A stretch of 64,000 nucleotides of DNA, taken from positions 68,760,001 to 68,824,000 of the forward strand of contig NC_087437.1 in NCBI RefSeq assembly GCF_036321535.1, in the 5' to 3' direction. Both the position numbers and the translations under genes were made by a program. Numbering within the stretch: position 1 is the first letter of the stretch; every line of letters begins with the position of its first letter. Under the pieces are notes generated by a model. The model ran no database searches, had not been told where the DNA came from, and was given only the letters and a program-made list of their open reading frames with translations. Shown here one piece after another: positions 38,010 through 51,365 of this stretch. The stretch comes from Camelus dromedarius. Taxonomy: Eukaryota.

Positions 38010-40125
38010 ATGCAGTAAAGTTCACAGTTCTAAAGTGTGCACTTCAGCAAATTTTCATAGTCGTGCATGTAAATGTACCTTTTTTGTAAAACAAAATATG
38101 AAACATTTACATCATCACAGAAAGTTTTCTGTTACTTTCCACTCAATTCTTCTCTCAATAAATAATGACTTTCTATCTCCATGGATCAGTTTTTTCCCTT
38201 CTTGGAGCTTATATGAATGAATCATATAAAATGGGATTTTAAAATTTTGTTTTGCAGGTGAGATACAGCTGGCTACTTTTGCTTAACATAATGTGTTCAA
38301 GAGTTATTCATGTTGTTACGCGTATCAGTAGATCATTCTTTTCTGTTAATAAGTATGCCACATTCTCCAGTTGATGGATATTTGGCTTCTTTCTACCTTT
38401 TGACTATAATGAATAAGGTCACTATGAACATTTCTTTTTACAAACTTACTTTATTTCTTTAATGGAAGTATAGTTGAGTTACAATGTTGTGTTAGTTTAT
38501 GGTGTATAGCATAGTTGTTTTTTTGTTTGTTTGTTTTTACAAATTTATTATGGGGACATACGTTCTCATTACTCTTGGATAAAACCTTAGGAGTGACACT
38601 TCTAGACACACACCTATACAGTGAATTGATGTTTCACCTTTTTTGTGGTATAATTGAAGTATGCCAAACTGCACACATTTAAAATAAAGACTTGGATCAA
38701 TTTGGACATAAGTATACACACTTGATCAAGATAAATATTCCAATCATTTCCCGAAAGTATCCTATGTCAATCTGTAATCCATTCATATCTAAATACTCCA
38801 TCCCAGGAACCCATGACTGAAACTATAAATTAGGTTGCATTTTGTAGAATTTCATATAAATGGAATTACACAATATGTGCTCTATTTTTCCTGGCATAAT
38901 TCTTTTACTCAGCATAATGATTTTGAGGAACACTCCATGTTGTGTGTTTAAGTAATTATTTCCTTTTTATTGCTGAATAGTATTCCGTTGTATGGATGTA
39001 TAACTATATGCTTGTCTATTCTACTTTTGATGAACATTTGGATTTCCCCCAGTTTTTAGCTATTACAAGTAAAGCTGAAATGAATATTTGAATACAAGTT
39101 GTTGTGTAGACATTTGTTTTCTTTTCTGTTAGGTAGATAACTAGTTGTACATTGATTGGACTGTATGGTAGGCATATATTGAAGTTTTAAGAAACCATCA
39201 AATTTTTTCCAAACATTTTCATAACTTTTCCCTGTGTGGTTTTAGTATTCCCACCAAAAGCATGTAAGATTTACAGTTGCTTCACATCCTCACTAGGACT
39301 TACAATGGCCAGTAGGTATGTGGTGCTAGTTTTTAAATATTAACCTATCTAAAGGGTATATAGGACATATCTCCTTGTGTTTTTAATTTTTATTTCTCCA
39401 GTGGCTAATGATGCTGAGAATCATTTCCTGTGCTCTTGGCTATTCATATATTTTCAAATATTGTATCTATTTTCTTATTGAGTTGTTAGGCTTCTTATAA
39501 TTAAGTTTAAAAAGTTCTTCATATATTCTGTATTCAAGCTATTTGTCTGATAAATGTGAATATATTCTACCAGTCTGTGGCTTGTCTTTTTATTTACTTA
39601 AAGGTATCTTTGAAGATCAGAAGCTTTTAATGTTGATGAAATCCAATTTATATTTTTTTTCTTATCTGACTCATGCTGTCGTGTTCTAAGAAATCTTACT
39701 TACACAACAATCAGAAAGATTTTCTCCTAGGAGTTTCATAGTTTTAGGTTTTACATTTAGGGCTGTAATCCAATTTGAGTTAATTTTTGTGTGTAAGGGT
39801 AGATGTTCACATTTTTCCACACAGGTATTCATTTATTGAAAAGTCTTTTCATTTCTCATTGAATTCCTTTGGCACCTTTGTCAAAAATTAATTCAAATAT
39901 GCATTTCTCTTTTTTTGACTCTCTTTTCTGTTCCATTGATCTATGCCTTTTTGAAAATACCCAAACTATCTTGATTACTATGGTTTTATAGTAAGTCTTG
40001 AAATCAGGTAGAGTAAATCTAACTTTGTTCTTCTTTTTTTTCATTGCTTTGCTTATTCTAGATCCTTTGCATTTCTGTACATATTGTGAATTCAACTCGT
40101 CAGTTTCTACTAAAAAAACCCTGCA
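38010..40125 (-). mobile_element. Old LINE-1 fragments (3' UTR + ORF2 C-terminal part); at least two nested copies
   Basis: Repeated L1 antisense 3' UTR phrases; ORF 39856-40095 gives TLPDFKTYYKTIVIKIVW...LIFDKGAK (L1 ORF2). Confidence 0.88.
38445..38533 (-). mobile_element. Short L1 3' tail insertion with TSD
   Basis: GAAGTATAGTTGAGTTACAATGTTGTGTTAG; TTTTTACAAA at 38435-38444 and 38534-38543. Confidence 0.7.
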
Positions 40126-40787
40126 AAAAATGGCTCTACAATGACATTATTACTTAGTGATGATGTGTGACCAAGCATTAATTTATTCTTTCATTCATTC
40201 TGCATTAACTATGGGTGTGGCATACGCAGAGATTTATGTTGGAAATAAAAAAATATACATAACTATAAGTTAGAAATGCACCATCTTTTCAAGATAATTG
40301 TTTGAATGCAGGAGACTAGTAGAAAATAATTATACTTTGTCATATGTGCCATGATGGAAATATGAAAAGATTGTTGTGTAGCCTGAGACTAGGTACTCGG
40401 TCTGGGAATGAGGGAAAGGTATTCAACAGAGTGATTAATATATTATTGTGTTCTATGTATCTAACTTAGGATTTTCGCAGTTTATATCATTTAATTTCAT
40501 TATTGTATCAGTCATATATGTTGCTTTTATCAGGTATTTATGTTTTTCTCATATTGAATGATTTTTTACCTGTTCTTATGTTAAAAATTGCTTTTTAAAT
40601 TTTATTCTCTGTATTATGGACTTCATATACAATAGTAGAATATTTTTAAATAGAATTTTTAAAAATTTAATTAAAAAAATAAAATAGAGTAAAGCTTGAT
40701 ACAGTTTTGGTTGGGATTAGTTGAATCCATACATCAGCTGGGAATCCGTTTGGGAAGAATTGCCATATTAATATTAATGTTGAGTCT

Positions 40788-41580
40788 GGCCAACTGATTT
40801 TTGACAAGGGCACTATGTTAATAAAATGAGAGAAAGAAAATATTTTAACCCATGATTCTGGAACAACTGGCTACTCACAATGGGGGGAAAATGACTTCTA
40901 TATTTACCTTATTCTATGCCCCCAAATTAATCTGATCTAATCATACATTTAAACATTAAACCTATAGCCATAAAGCTCTTGAAGAAAATATGAAAAAAAT
41001 TTTTTTTACCTTATAGAAGGCAAAGATTTCTTAGAACCCCAAATGTATAAGCCATAATAGGGAATAAAAATCCTGTTAAGTTTGAGATCATCAAAATTAA
41101 AAACATCTGCTCATTAAAATACATGATTAAGAAAATGAATAGGCAAGCCACAGCCTGGAAGAACATGTTCAAAAGGCATTTCTCAGAAATAAATTGTATC
41201 GAGAATATAGAAAGGACTCCTAAAAATCAATAATAAAAAGACAAACAATCTGATTAAAAATGAGCAAAAGTATTGAACAGACAATTTACAAAGGAAGATA
41301 TATGAATGACCAATAAGCATGTGAATAGGTGCTTAACATCATTAGTCATCTTGGAAATGCAAATTGAAAACTCAATGAAGAATGCAGATTGAAACTCCAA
41401 TGAGATACCATTTCACACCTGCTGGAGCTAAAATTAAAGAAAAAATAAGACAATATAAAATGATGCTGAGGATGTGGAGTAACTTCAATCTCTTATGTGC
41501 TGGAAATACTTAAAATGGCACAAACATTTTAAAAAAAAACTATTTGACTGTTTCTTAGAAAGCAAAATATACCTCTGTCC
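40788..41580 (+). mobile_element. Old LINE-1 ORF2 C-terminal fragment
   Basis: CAACTGATTTTTGACAAGGG...GGAACAACTGG...ATCAAAATTAAAAACATCTGCTC...ATGAGATACCATTTCACACC. Confidence 0.88.
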
Positions 41581-42929
41581 TAGAGTATGATTGTAATTCT
41601 TACCTCCGCCTCCTCTTGGTAAGAGAGGCAGCCAAGGGCCGTGTTCAGAGCCACAGATAAACCTGGCTATAGCGTTCGTTCCCTGAAGCTGATTAATTAA
41701 TGTGTCTCTGTTTTGGCACAGTTCTGGGGCCTCAGTTAAGAATGGGAATTGGGGGGCATGAGACCCACCTGGAGAACTATGCCAAAATATTCCCAGCTTC
41801 TACCTCATTGAACCTCTGGGAACGGAAAGGATTGTTAACGGGTGAAATAGACTGACTCCCGGGTCGCTTTTAGCTGTAGTTCAGGAGGTCTCTTACCGCC
41901 TTTTTATTTACCACTTTTGCCATTAGTGTCAGGACTAACCAGGTGACTGATGTAGGTGGCATCAAGCCTGAAGAAAGTGGAAGAAGGCAAGGACGAAGGA
42001 GGAGGAGGAGGAAGGAAGTTAAGGAATAAAAGGGGTAGAGGAAGGAGCAGACCACCTTAGCCTGGTAGGCAAGGATTCATGCAGTCTAGCTCTATATTTA
42101 AGGAAGAAATCAAAAGAAAAAGGAAAAAAAAAATCTTGGCTTAATTAGTTCTTGGCCTAATTTATTCTAATATCGTGATCTGTTGAGTTGAATACAAGGC
42201 ATTTCCCAGTAGAATTCCCATGTCTGTGATGTGCCACTTAGTCTTATTTTTTTTTTTCCATCATGATTTCCACTGGTCCCTGTTAAGCTTCATTTTGTTG
42301 ATTTCTGATTACTTCTCTAATTTAACAATGTCATTCTGAATTTAAATACCATCCTCCCAAGTGCTGCCCTCCCTGAACCTTCCTAGGTTTCATTTGCAAG
42401 TTTGGGAATAAACTCTATTACCATTTCATGGTTGGAAATATTAAATATGCAGTTTGAAATGCATAATAAAATTCCCTAAACTATTTCAAGGCTTCACAAA
42501 CATTGAGTGATCAAATCCACAGTGTCCTTATGATTTAAGGTTTAGAATTTTCATTTTGTGCTAAAACATCAGACTCTAATATTGTAGAAATTGTTATTTA
42601 CATGCAGCTAGAAGAAATTCTGATCACCAGACCCAAAGCAAAAACTCAGTGTCAGTCCAGTGTGAAGCCAACGGCAGGGAGCCAGAACCATGTGACAATT
42701 AGGGTATATGAGTAGAGTGGTACCTCCAAACCTAATTTACGCCGAGATGTTGGATAACTAACAAATCAAAACTGCCAAACTAAGATTTTACTTTATTGCA
42801 ACATGTAAACAGTTTTTGTGAATTACACTCCGTTTGAAATATGTGAAATGCTTTGATTTACATCTGATGTTTAAAATATTTTCTCAATGAGGAACAGGTG
42901 TCCATCGCACTTAAGCTAGCAGCTCCATT

Positions 42930-42944
42930 TGCTGACTCAGATAA
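42930..42944 (+). promoter_or_regulatory. Overlapping NF-E2/MARE + GATA motif
   Basis: TGCTGACTCAGATAA. Confidence 0.35.
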
Positions 42945-43449
42945 CGGTTTTAAATGGAAAAAGAGATTGTGTCATTCACCTCAGACTATGTAATCAGCTG
43001 AGAATCTTCTCCCAGTCTTGCTTCATTTGCTGTTGACACACAATACCTTCCCACCCTCCCCTCCTGTGTGATTCCTAGCTTTTTCCAGGGCTGCACACTG
43101 TCATCATGTCCGGTGGCTCCAGTGCCTCCTGCTAAAAGAAGCAAGTCATGAGATACCAGGATTCCTGATTGTTATTTCCAATTAGCCCAAAACTGCATGC
43201 ATAACTTGTTCAAGTTGAAGCCTCTGAACACATTTAAAAACTCCTTTGTGCTAAATATTTTCTAAATTCTCCTCCATTCGTGAAATATGTTCCTTGACTC
43301 ATTAATCATTATCAACCTGCTTTTGAAAAATGCACTGACATATTATTCCTCAAAAACGCAATGAAGTATTATTCCTCAGTATGCAAAATAATGCCAGAAT
43401 ATTATTCAATAACAATAAAGAATGTACATAGAGGGTCTGTTGCTCTTCC

Positions 43450-43670
43450 TAATAATAATAATAATTGTCAACCCTTATTGACTGTTATTACCAGGTACTG
43501 CTCTACATGACGAACATATTCATGTAATCCTCATGTAAACCTAATTTACAGAAGAGTAAACTGAGTAGAGAGAAGTTAAAAATCTTTCTGAGCAAGTAGG
43601 TGGCGGAACAGACTGCTGATGGTTATTGTCTGAATCTGGGGTTCATGGACTTAACCACTTCATGCCTTGC
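43450..43670 (-). mobile_element. MIR SINE
   Basis: TAATAATAA...TTTACAGAAGAGTAAACTGAG...CTTAACCACT. Confidence 0.7.
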
Positions 43671-44861
43671 CTTCTGATGTTATGGACCATGGGCCTTAAT
43701 TGGAGAAGACACTGTCAGGTATCTTAAAGTTGAGGGAACAAGGAGTCTGAGTTAAGCAAAAATCTTTAACATCACTTCAGTCTAAAAGTGTAGGCACCAC
43801 GCTGGCATTTGTGAAGAGTGGTAGATGGATGAGAGGAAGGGCAGACTGGAAGTGCCCAGGGAGGGCTATTCACACCCATTTCCTTATAAGACACATACAG
43901 TTATCACGTGGTGAATGGATTTCAGGATTCTAGTAAGTTGCCTCTGGATTTTGTAAACATCTGTGCGATCTCTTGGCTACAGTTGAAAAGTGCGTAAAAT
44001 GAGAGAAAGCAAAAGAAAAGTGACGCTCCTTACAGAAAGATAACATTTCTTCTTCTGTTATATTTGCTAAATATAATTTGTGTTACATTATGATATGCCA
44101 TTGAACATATATACCATAATTAAACAATCCTTTTTCTATGGGACATTTAGGTTCTTCTAATTTTTCACCATTGTAAGTATTGTAGATAATGAACATCTTT
44201 TTATCTGGATTTTAATCCATGGATACTATAGTTGGATTTGTCAAAATGGATTTAATGGATTTACTTGATCAAAGCTGATAACACTTTCTATGGCTCTTAA
44301 TACATTTTGTAAGATGTACTTTTTGAGAACTTACTTTGTTCTTTTTTTTTTTTTTTTTTCCTGCTAAAAATGGGAGAGGGGTAATGAGTGTAGTGTTAGC
44401 ATCAGGCTAGGTTCAGATGTCCTATGATGCCTTCCAGATGTTACTTGGCATAAGAAAGCTGCCTCCCACTGTCTTTCAGAAGTGAGATTCAATGACCAGG
44501 CTTCTCTTGTTTTTGCCAGGAAAGATTACCTGCGGAAGTCCAACACAGAACTTTAAACAAACATCTTAGAAACCTATTATTCCTGACTAACCGCTGACAT
44601 TGTAACTTCTCATAGATAGTCGGATACAGTAATTACTTATGAGCTTTCTTCAGGCATCCACTTGAAATTTGACCAAGAATTTCACAGCTTCTGGGTAAAT
44701 ATAGAAAGTAATTTGTGTCAATACTGCTTAAAATTCTTTTTGACTCTCATAGGAGCTTCAGCTATGGAAAATATCATATCATATGATGTCAGCATTTACA
44801 ATGAGATAAAGTTATACTGACTATTTTATAGATTAGAAATGAAATAATAAATTAGGTTAGT

Positions 44862-45108
44862 GCTCTATTTTTACTTTTTTAAGGATTCTCCATACTGTTT
44901 TCCATAGCAGCTGCACCAAACTACATTCCCACCGACAGTGTAGGATAATTAGCGATATTGAGCATCTTTTCATGTGTCTGTTGGCCATCTGGATGTCTTC
45001 ACTGGAGAAATGTCTGGGTCTTCTGCTCATTTTTTTGATTGGGTTGCTTGTCTTTTTGTAATTGAGTTGTATGAGCTGGTATTTATGTTCTGGAAATTAA
45101 GTCCTTGT
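44862..45108 (-). mobile_element. LINE-1 ORF2 C-terminal fragment with internal deletion
   Basis: CTCCATACTGTTTTCCATAGCAGCTGCACCAAACTACATTCCCACCGACAGTG...GAGCATCTTTTCATGTGTCTGTTGGCCATC. Confidence 0.88.
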
Positions 45109-45724
45109 ATTTTACAAATTTAATTATAATATTCCTAAAAAGTGTGATTGTTTGGTAACCCTCCTTTTATATGTATGTGGAACTGAGCTTTCTATGACTA
45201 AGCACTTGCCTTAAGCTTGCCAAGTTCTCCCATACCTCAGCATTTGGTTTATGTGGCTGATTTTTAAACCTACATATTTGCCTCAGAATCTTCTCCATTT
45301 CATTACTATGTGTGACTAGCTAAATTATATTTCATGTCCAAAGGGAAATACAGTGTTCTTTGAACCTAAGAAACCCTTTTAAATGGGAAGATAGCTTAGT
45401 TTCTTTGAGTCATCTTTATGTTGTTGCAAAGCAGGACATTAATCTTGCCCCCAAAGTCAAAACAACTCTCCTTTTCCGAATTTAAATGCAGCACTAATAT
45501 AAAAATGAGTTGAGACTAGAGAGAAGGCATATGACTAGACATAGACTTGAACATTCAGATTTCTAAAATAGGACACATTGATTTTATGGAACTTGAAAAT
45601 ACACATGTGAAAAAGTTAGATTGAAGAATATCAGCAAAATTGCATTTGCAAACTAGGTCTATTGGTCATTTTAAATAGGGAAGGATGCCTCAATTAATAA
45701 CACCGTAAAAGTGTATAGAGGAGG

Positions 45725-46122
45725 TGTTGTGAACTGAACATTTGTGTCACCCCAAAATTCATATGCAGAAGCCCTGACCCCAATATGGCTGTATTTGGAG
45801 ATGGTACCTCCATGGAAGTTATTAAGGATAAATGACGTCATAAGCTTGTGTCCCTGATCTGATAGGATTAGTGTCCTTATAAGAAGAGACACCAGGGAGC
45901 TTGTTCTCTTTCTCCCTCTCTGTACACACAAATCTAGGAAAGGCCTAGAGAACAAAGCAAGAAGATGGCCATCTGCAGACAAGGAAGAAAGCTCTTACCA
46001 GAAACTGAATTGGTTGGCACCTTGATCATGAACTTCTCCAGAACTGTGAGGAAATAGATTTCTGTTGTTTAAGCCACCAAGTCTGTAATATTTTGTTATG
46101 GTAACACAAACAGATTAAAACA
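45725..46122 (+). mobile_element. MaLR solo LTR (MLT1A-like) with perfect 5-bp TSD
   Basis: TG...CA termini; CCCCAAAATTCATATG, GGATTAGTGTCCTTATAAGAAGAGAC; TSD GGAGG at 45720-45724 and 46123-46127. Confidence 0.93.
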
Positions 46123-46554
46123 GGAGGTTCCATAACAGAGGGAAGAGTCTATGGGTTGGGTTAGAATTATAAGGTACTTAGAGTAGGTGAATTATGTTCT
46201 ATTAAGCATGTCCTCGTATCCTTGTATATTGTTTATAGTTTTGTAGTATTTTATAATTATCTTAAAAGCTCCTTATTTTTTCTTCTTGAGTAGTCCATGA
46301 GAATGAAAGGAAAGAAATGAACATTTATTAAACACAACATGTGTTTTGCACCATTTCACATGTATTTTCTCATCTTAATTCTTGGAAACACCTTGTAACT
46401 TCAGTATTATTATTCCAATACTTGTAGTTAAAGAGATGAAACAACTTTCCTCCACAATCATTTGGCTAGTTAGTGAGCAGACTTGGGATTCAAACTCATC
46501 TTTTTTTTTTTTTCCTACAAAGCCATAAACTTTTTATAACGTAAAAAGTTATAA

Positions 46555-47045
46555 AATTATTTAGGATCCAGCCAGAAAATAGAAACCACTCTGAGTATTT
46601 CAAATGGAGGGAAATCTATTATACTGGGAGGAGAAGGCCAAAAAGAAGAATTTGAAGAAGCCCACAGGGTAACACAAGCATGACAGGGCTGCTACTACCC
46701 TTGAGGTGGAGAGTCTAAGGGAGCAGGTAGTATCGCTAGGGCCCATGAGCTTCCTGGTGGATGCTGGGCGATCTGCTTCTGCTCTGTGGCAGCTGGCACC
46801 ATGGAGGAGAAGTTGTCTAACCAGAGCTAGAGCCAATCCCTGGGCACTATCCAAGCAGAGAGAGAGAGAGAGAGAGAGAAAATTACACTGCTTTTTCCCT
46901 CGTTTCACTCTCCGGTCTTACCCCAGTGCCTGTCATTAGCCAAACCTCCAGGAAACCAGAAAGCAAAGGCTCAGGAACTATGATCTGGAACAAGGCTGAG
47001 AAGGAGCAACTAATAGATCTGAGAGCAAATAAGCAAATGACTAGG
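46555..47045 (-). mobile_element. Old MaLR LTR (MLT1K/M/N-like), with a (GA)n run at about 46857-46878
   Basis: AGGATCCAGCCAGAAAATAGAAACCACTCTGAGTATTTCAAA start and CCAGTGCCTGTCATTAGCCAAACC motif. Confidence 0.6.
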
Positions 47046-47129
47046 GCTGGCTGTGCATCTAAGTGACAGAGAGTTTCCTGTCATAGATCTACTTTGCGTT
47101 CCTCTCAAATCCTGGTAAAGTGTTATGTT

Positions 47130-47310
47130 CACATTCATGTCTTTACATCTGAAAGCACCTTACGACTTGTGTAGACTCTCATTTTTCACATTACAAAACT
47201 GTGGACTAAAGAGGTAAACTTATTTAGTAAAAATCAAATAGCAGGTAAATAGCAGAGCCAGAACCAAATCCAAGAATTCTGAAACCGAGTCCAATTTCTT
47301 CCCATTTCAC
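47130..47310 (-). mobile_element. MIR SINE, degenerate
   Basis: CTCATTTTTCAC...AGAGGTAAAC...GTAAATAGCAGAGCCAGAACCAAATCCAAG. Confidence 0.55.
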
Positions 47311-50300
47311 CACGAAGTGCTCAATAAGCACTTGTCAAATTGAGTTGAACTGGTTTGATTCAGCGGAGGGGATTATGGTGAAAAGGAAATTGCAAACTTC
47401 CCAAAGCACAGCAGAATGTTGCCATATTAGTACCACAAAGATACTGCACAGATAAAGAATATTCCTGGCCAAACCATCATATATTAAACTTTTCTTATCA
47501 TGAATTACTGTGTATCTTTTTGTTACCTTTTTCTATATATATTCTTAGTTTTGTCTTGCAGTCAGTAGAAACAGAATAATTTTTACTTTACTGACTGATT
47601 TGCTTAAACATAACTACTCTAAAGCTGATGACCCATCAAAAATATTAATAAAAATGTGAGCCACTCCATAAACCAACCACATGGAGGCAATATTTAATTT
47701 TTATCCTTGTTTCTTCTTAAATGAATATGATTTGAGCATTTTCCTTGGCTGATGTCATCTGAAACTAATCTCCCCTTCTCCCCAGCTTCCTACAACTTAG
47801 GGGTAATAACTAAAGAAAATTCCTTCAACTCCAGAAGTAAATGTGTTTATTTCACCTCATAAAAATCTGCACTAATTTCTTCTTTGTGGACTAAAACTGG
47901 CATATTAAAGTACACCCAGTCTAAGACTGACTTTCCTCCTCCTCCTCCCCCTTCTGCTGCTGCTACTTCTTCCCTTTCTCTCTTCCCTTCCCTCCCTCTT
48001 CCCCTCTTTCCCCTCTCTGTCCCTGCTAAGAGAGCACCCATATAATACTATTGTCAATTCTGTCATGAAATTACAGTTTGGAGAATAGAGAATCCTGAGG
48101 AACCATCATGCCAGGTTCAGCAGATAACTGCTGTAGATCCCCGGTGTCGTGTCCCTTACATCAGATGCTCCTCTTCCCTCTGAGGTGCTCTTTCCCTCTC
48201 TTTGTGGCAGCCCAGCATCATCCCTGCTGTCAATCACGGGGAGCCAGTAGGTCTTTCTGTTGTGCGTGGTTCGGTGTTAGGAATATCACTCTCCCCGTTC
48301 GCTCCCTGCCGTCATATATATGCCCCCAGTTGTCCACCCTTTCTCCTAGTATAGTGGCTACAGTCCATTTATGTGCAGAGACAGAAATATTTGACTAGAG
48401 AGAGTGAGTCTATTGGTTCTCCATCCTTCACGTTCCAGGATTCACCAGTCCTAGCATGGTCTAATCAAACTGCACCCCTGTGGAGTTGTGCAGCAAACAG
48501 CCATTTACATAGACTCCCAGGAGTTGCGCAAAAGGACATCGTTGCACTGGTATAAGCAATATGGTCTCAGGCAATTAAATGGGATACAGACTAAATCAGT
48601 ATAGCTTTGTTTAGGTCACAAGCCAGTTCTGACTGTGATCCCCCAGTCTATATACCAATGTCTAACTTCCAAGTCCTTTTCCCCCGGTATCTTGAAAATC
48701 TGTTTTATCACTGCATCTGACTTCTCTTTTTTTTATCCAAGGTGTATATCCCCCTTACGGCTAGTGGTAAGCTTCTTCTAGAGTCCTGTTCTCTGACAGT
48801 CCTCTACCGCCCACTGGGCTATCTGAGTTCACCTCCCATCCATTATTCCTACCACATAGAACTAGATATTATGTCCAGAAAGAGACAAAGGTCTCTCCTT
48901 GTTTATCAGCTATCGATTAACCATTGCTCATATAAATGACTACATGCTAGTGAACTGATTACCACCAATATATATACATATGAAAATCAGGTGCTAGCAT
49001 TCACCAAAGCTTATTTTTCATGAGAATCTGCAGGAACAACTTTTATTAATCAATCTTACAAGGTATCTATCCTTTAAATTATTAATAGAGAACTTAGAAT
49101 GCATTACCTAGTAAGGTCCCACAAGCACCTGTTTGTGCTGAAAACAATAATAATTTTTCTCTTTTCAGAAAAAAGGAAAGAAACAACCAGCATTCGTCTT
49201 TGCTGTGGTTTATTCAGAACTATTCACAGTGTTCTGCATTCTTCTGCCCTATCATCCTGCCTTTTCAAAAGCTCATGTATTAAGAATAAAGGGACTATCC
49301 TGACCTACAACCATTTTAAAGAGGTTCCTAGGTCCAGAGTGGTTAACCACAATCCATAGTCACCTGGCTGGTTAATAACAGAATAAGGTCTTGACCTCAG
49401 AGATTCTGAATACCCATAAGTTGTATTATTTACCTTTTCAAAGTAGATGTAAATTAAGAAATGTTCCTTTTATTTTCTTGACTTGAAAAAATCCAATTAA
49501 ACAGAGACCTGTGATAGCAACATATTTTCTCTTCTGTTTGGGAGGGCTTCATCAACTGACACTTTTTTTGGGGACCATGGATCCACCTGTAGAATTAGAA
49601 ACAGGTCTGCTTAGTAAGTCTTTTCACCATTGCTACAATCTGCCTGGTAATAATGATCTACTAAAGTATCCCACTCACCAGTGACGTAACTTCTTCAGTT
49701 CTGCAGTGGTAGCTCTGATAGCCCTTTGAAAGTTCTGAGCAACATCTGTAGAATTCTGTAGGCATCTCCATATTTGTTAGGGTTTATCCTCTAAAATTTG
49801 TATTTTCTGGTTGTATGCTAATGCTATCTTAGATATTCTCGCCTTTTCTTCCATCATCTTCGTGAAAAGTTTTTATTGTTATTGTTGTTGTTTTAAAGGG
49901 AACAGGGAGAGGCAGAGCATTCATAATGAAGTTGTTTATTTAATACTTCAGTAGAGAACAACTAAAGTAGACTGCAGTACAGATGCTGGATTCAGCTGGG
50001 TTCACTCACTGACCATGCAACTTGCTACTGTTGAAGAGTTGGTCACCAATTTGTACCTCAACAATATTAAGACGTTTTATACATCAGAGAACTTCATATT
50101 GATTTGTGAATTGTCAACACTGCAAATGTTGAATTCATACATGTTGAGATAGCACTCACCTGAAATGACCACATCTAGCCTTCTCTCCCTTACCTTCCTT
50201 AGTGTCTCTGGGAAGTAATTCTCAACTACGGACCTGTGTTCCATTCATGCCATTTAGCAACAGGAGGGAAATTCTCGCTTCTCAGTCTTAGCTTTTCTGC

Positions 50301-51288
50301 CTTGTTCTGGGGTCCTTTAAAAAAAACAACAGGAAGGGAAAAAGAGAAAAGAAACCTATACTGGGGAAGCCTGAAGCTACAGCACAAATAATGATTATTC
50401 CTGTCAAGGTTTAGCTGTGGTTGCTAAGTTACTGGCCTGTTCTGAAAAACCTTGAAGTATGGGACACATTAGGAGCTCATTAGGTCCCGGTGACTTACGC
50501 TAAATGTACAATTTGTCTCTGTGCTAAACACACTTCAAACATAACAATAAAAAAAATCCCATATGGCTTAAAATTTGTGACCTTTCTCTTTCTTGTTTCA
50601 TTTCTCCTCCCCCACCCCCAACATCTCATTATCTGGTGTTATTACAAAAGCAGCATTATTGGAAAAATAAACAGAAGCATTTTGCAACGGATGGGAACGA
50701 GATATACTAGCTTAAAGCCTTTGGCATTTAATGAAGGTGTTCACAGAGAGAACCTTATGAAGGGTTGAGGAAAACTTAAAGAAGATTCCATAATAATTGT
50801 TTACAATGCAAGCCGCAGGGCCGTCAGCTCATTTTCGGAGAGTACCTACAGTGTGTGTCTACCAGACTACAAAACCTTTTGGGAACATAAAGCACTTGAC
50901 TGTTTTTCTTATACTTGCATCCATTTTCTGTTTATCCACAAACATTGTCCAACTTGTAGATCTTGGAGTTAACCTAGAGACTTGTATTTGCAATTCCAAA
51001 TTATGATAGGTGGGGAGTATCACATTCTTTGCAGCCCAAATTTGACTATAGTTTTAATTTACCCAGTCATTGCCTTGGGTGGTCAGGCTCCCTTTTTCTC
51101 CCTTCAGTTACTGCAGCCCTGTTGCCACTCACAATATTAGTGTCCTCTGCTGAAAGTTGCAACTTTCTAAAGTTTTGACGTGATAGTGAGAGCCAACTAA
51201 TGAAGGGAGTGCAGTTAGGGGAAAGGAGTAGGGGAGAGGAGGGTAAGCAGGGATAAAGAGTGGGTACCAGGTTGAGGGGAGAGGAAGG

Positions 51289-51365
51289 AAAGAGGAAGTG
51301 CTGGCAGATACCTAGGGGCAGTCTCTAGCTGTTGCAAAGCTTGCAAATTGCAAAGACAGGAAGTA
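51289..51365 (+). promoter_or_regulatory. Candidate myeloid/lymphoid ETS element (PU.1 site + second ETS site + C/EBP-like half sites)
   Basis: AAAGAGGAAGTG 51289-51300; ACAGGAAGT 51356-51364; TTGCAAA occurs three times between them. Confidence 0.4.

Noticed and set aside
43327..43410. Spaced TATTATTC repeats resembling a CRISPR array
   Set aside because: Only 2-3 short degenerate units in mammalian DNA; a tandem duplication, with no cas genes.
46528..46556. Two overlapping alternative 9-bp hairpins
   Set aside because: Almost entirely A/T and lying between repeats; weak stability and likely chance.
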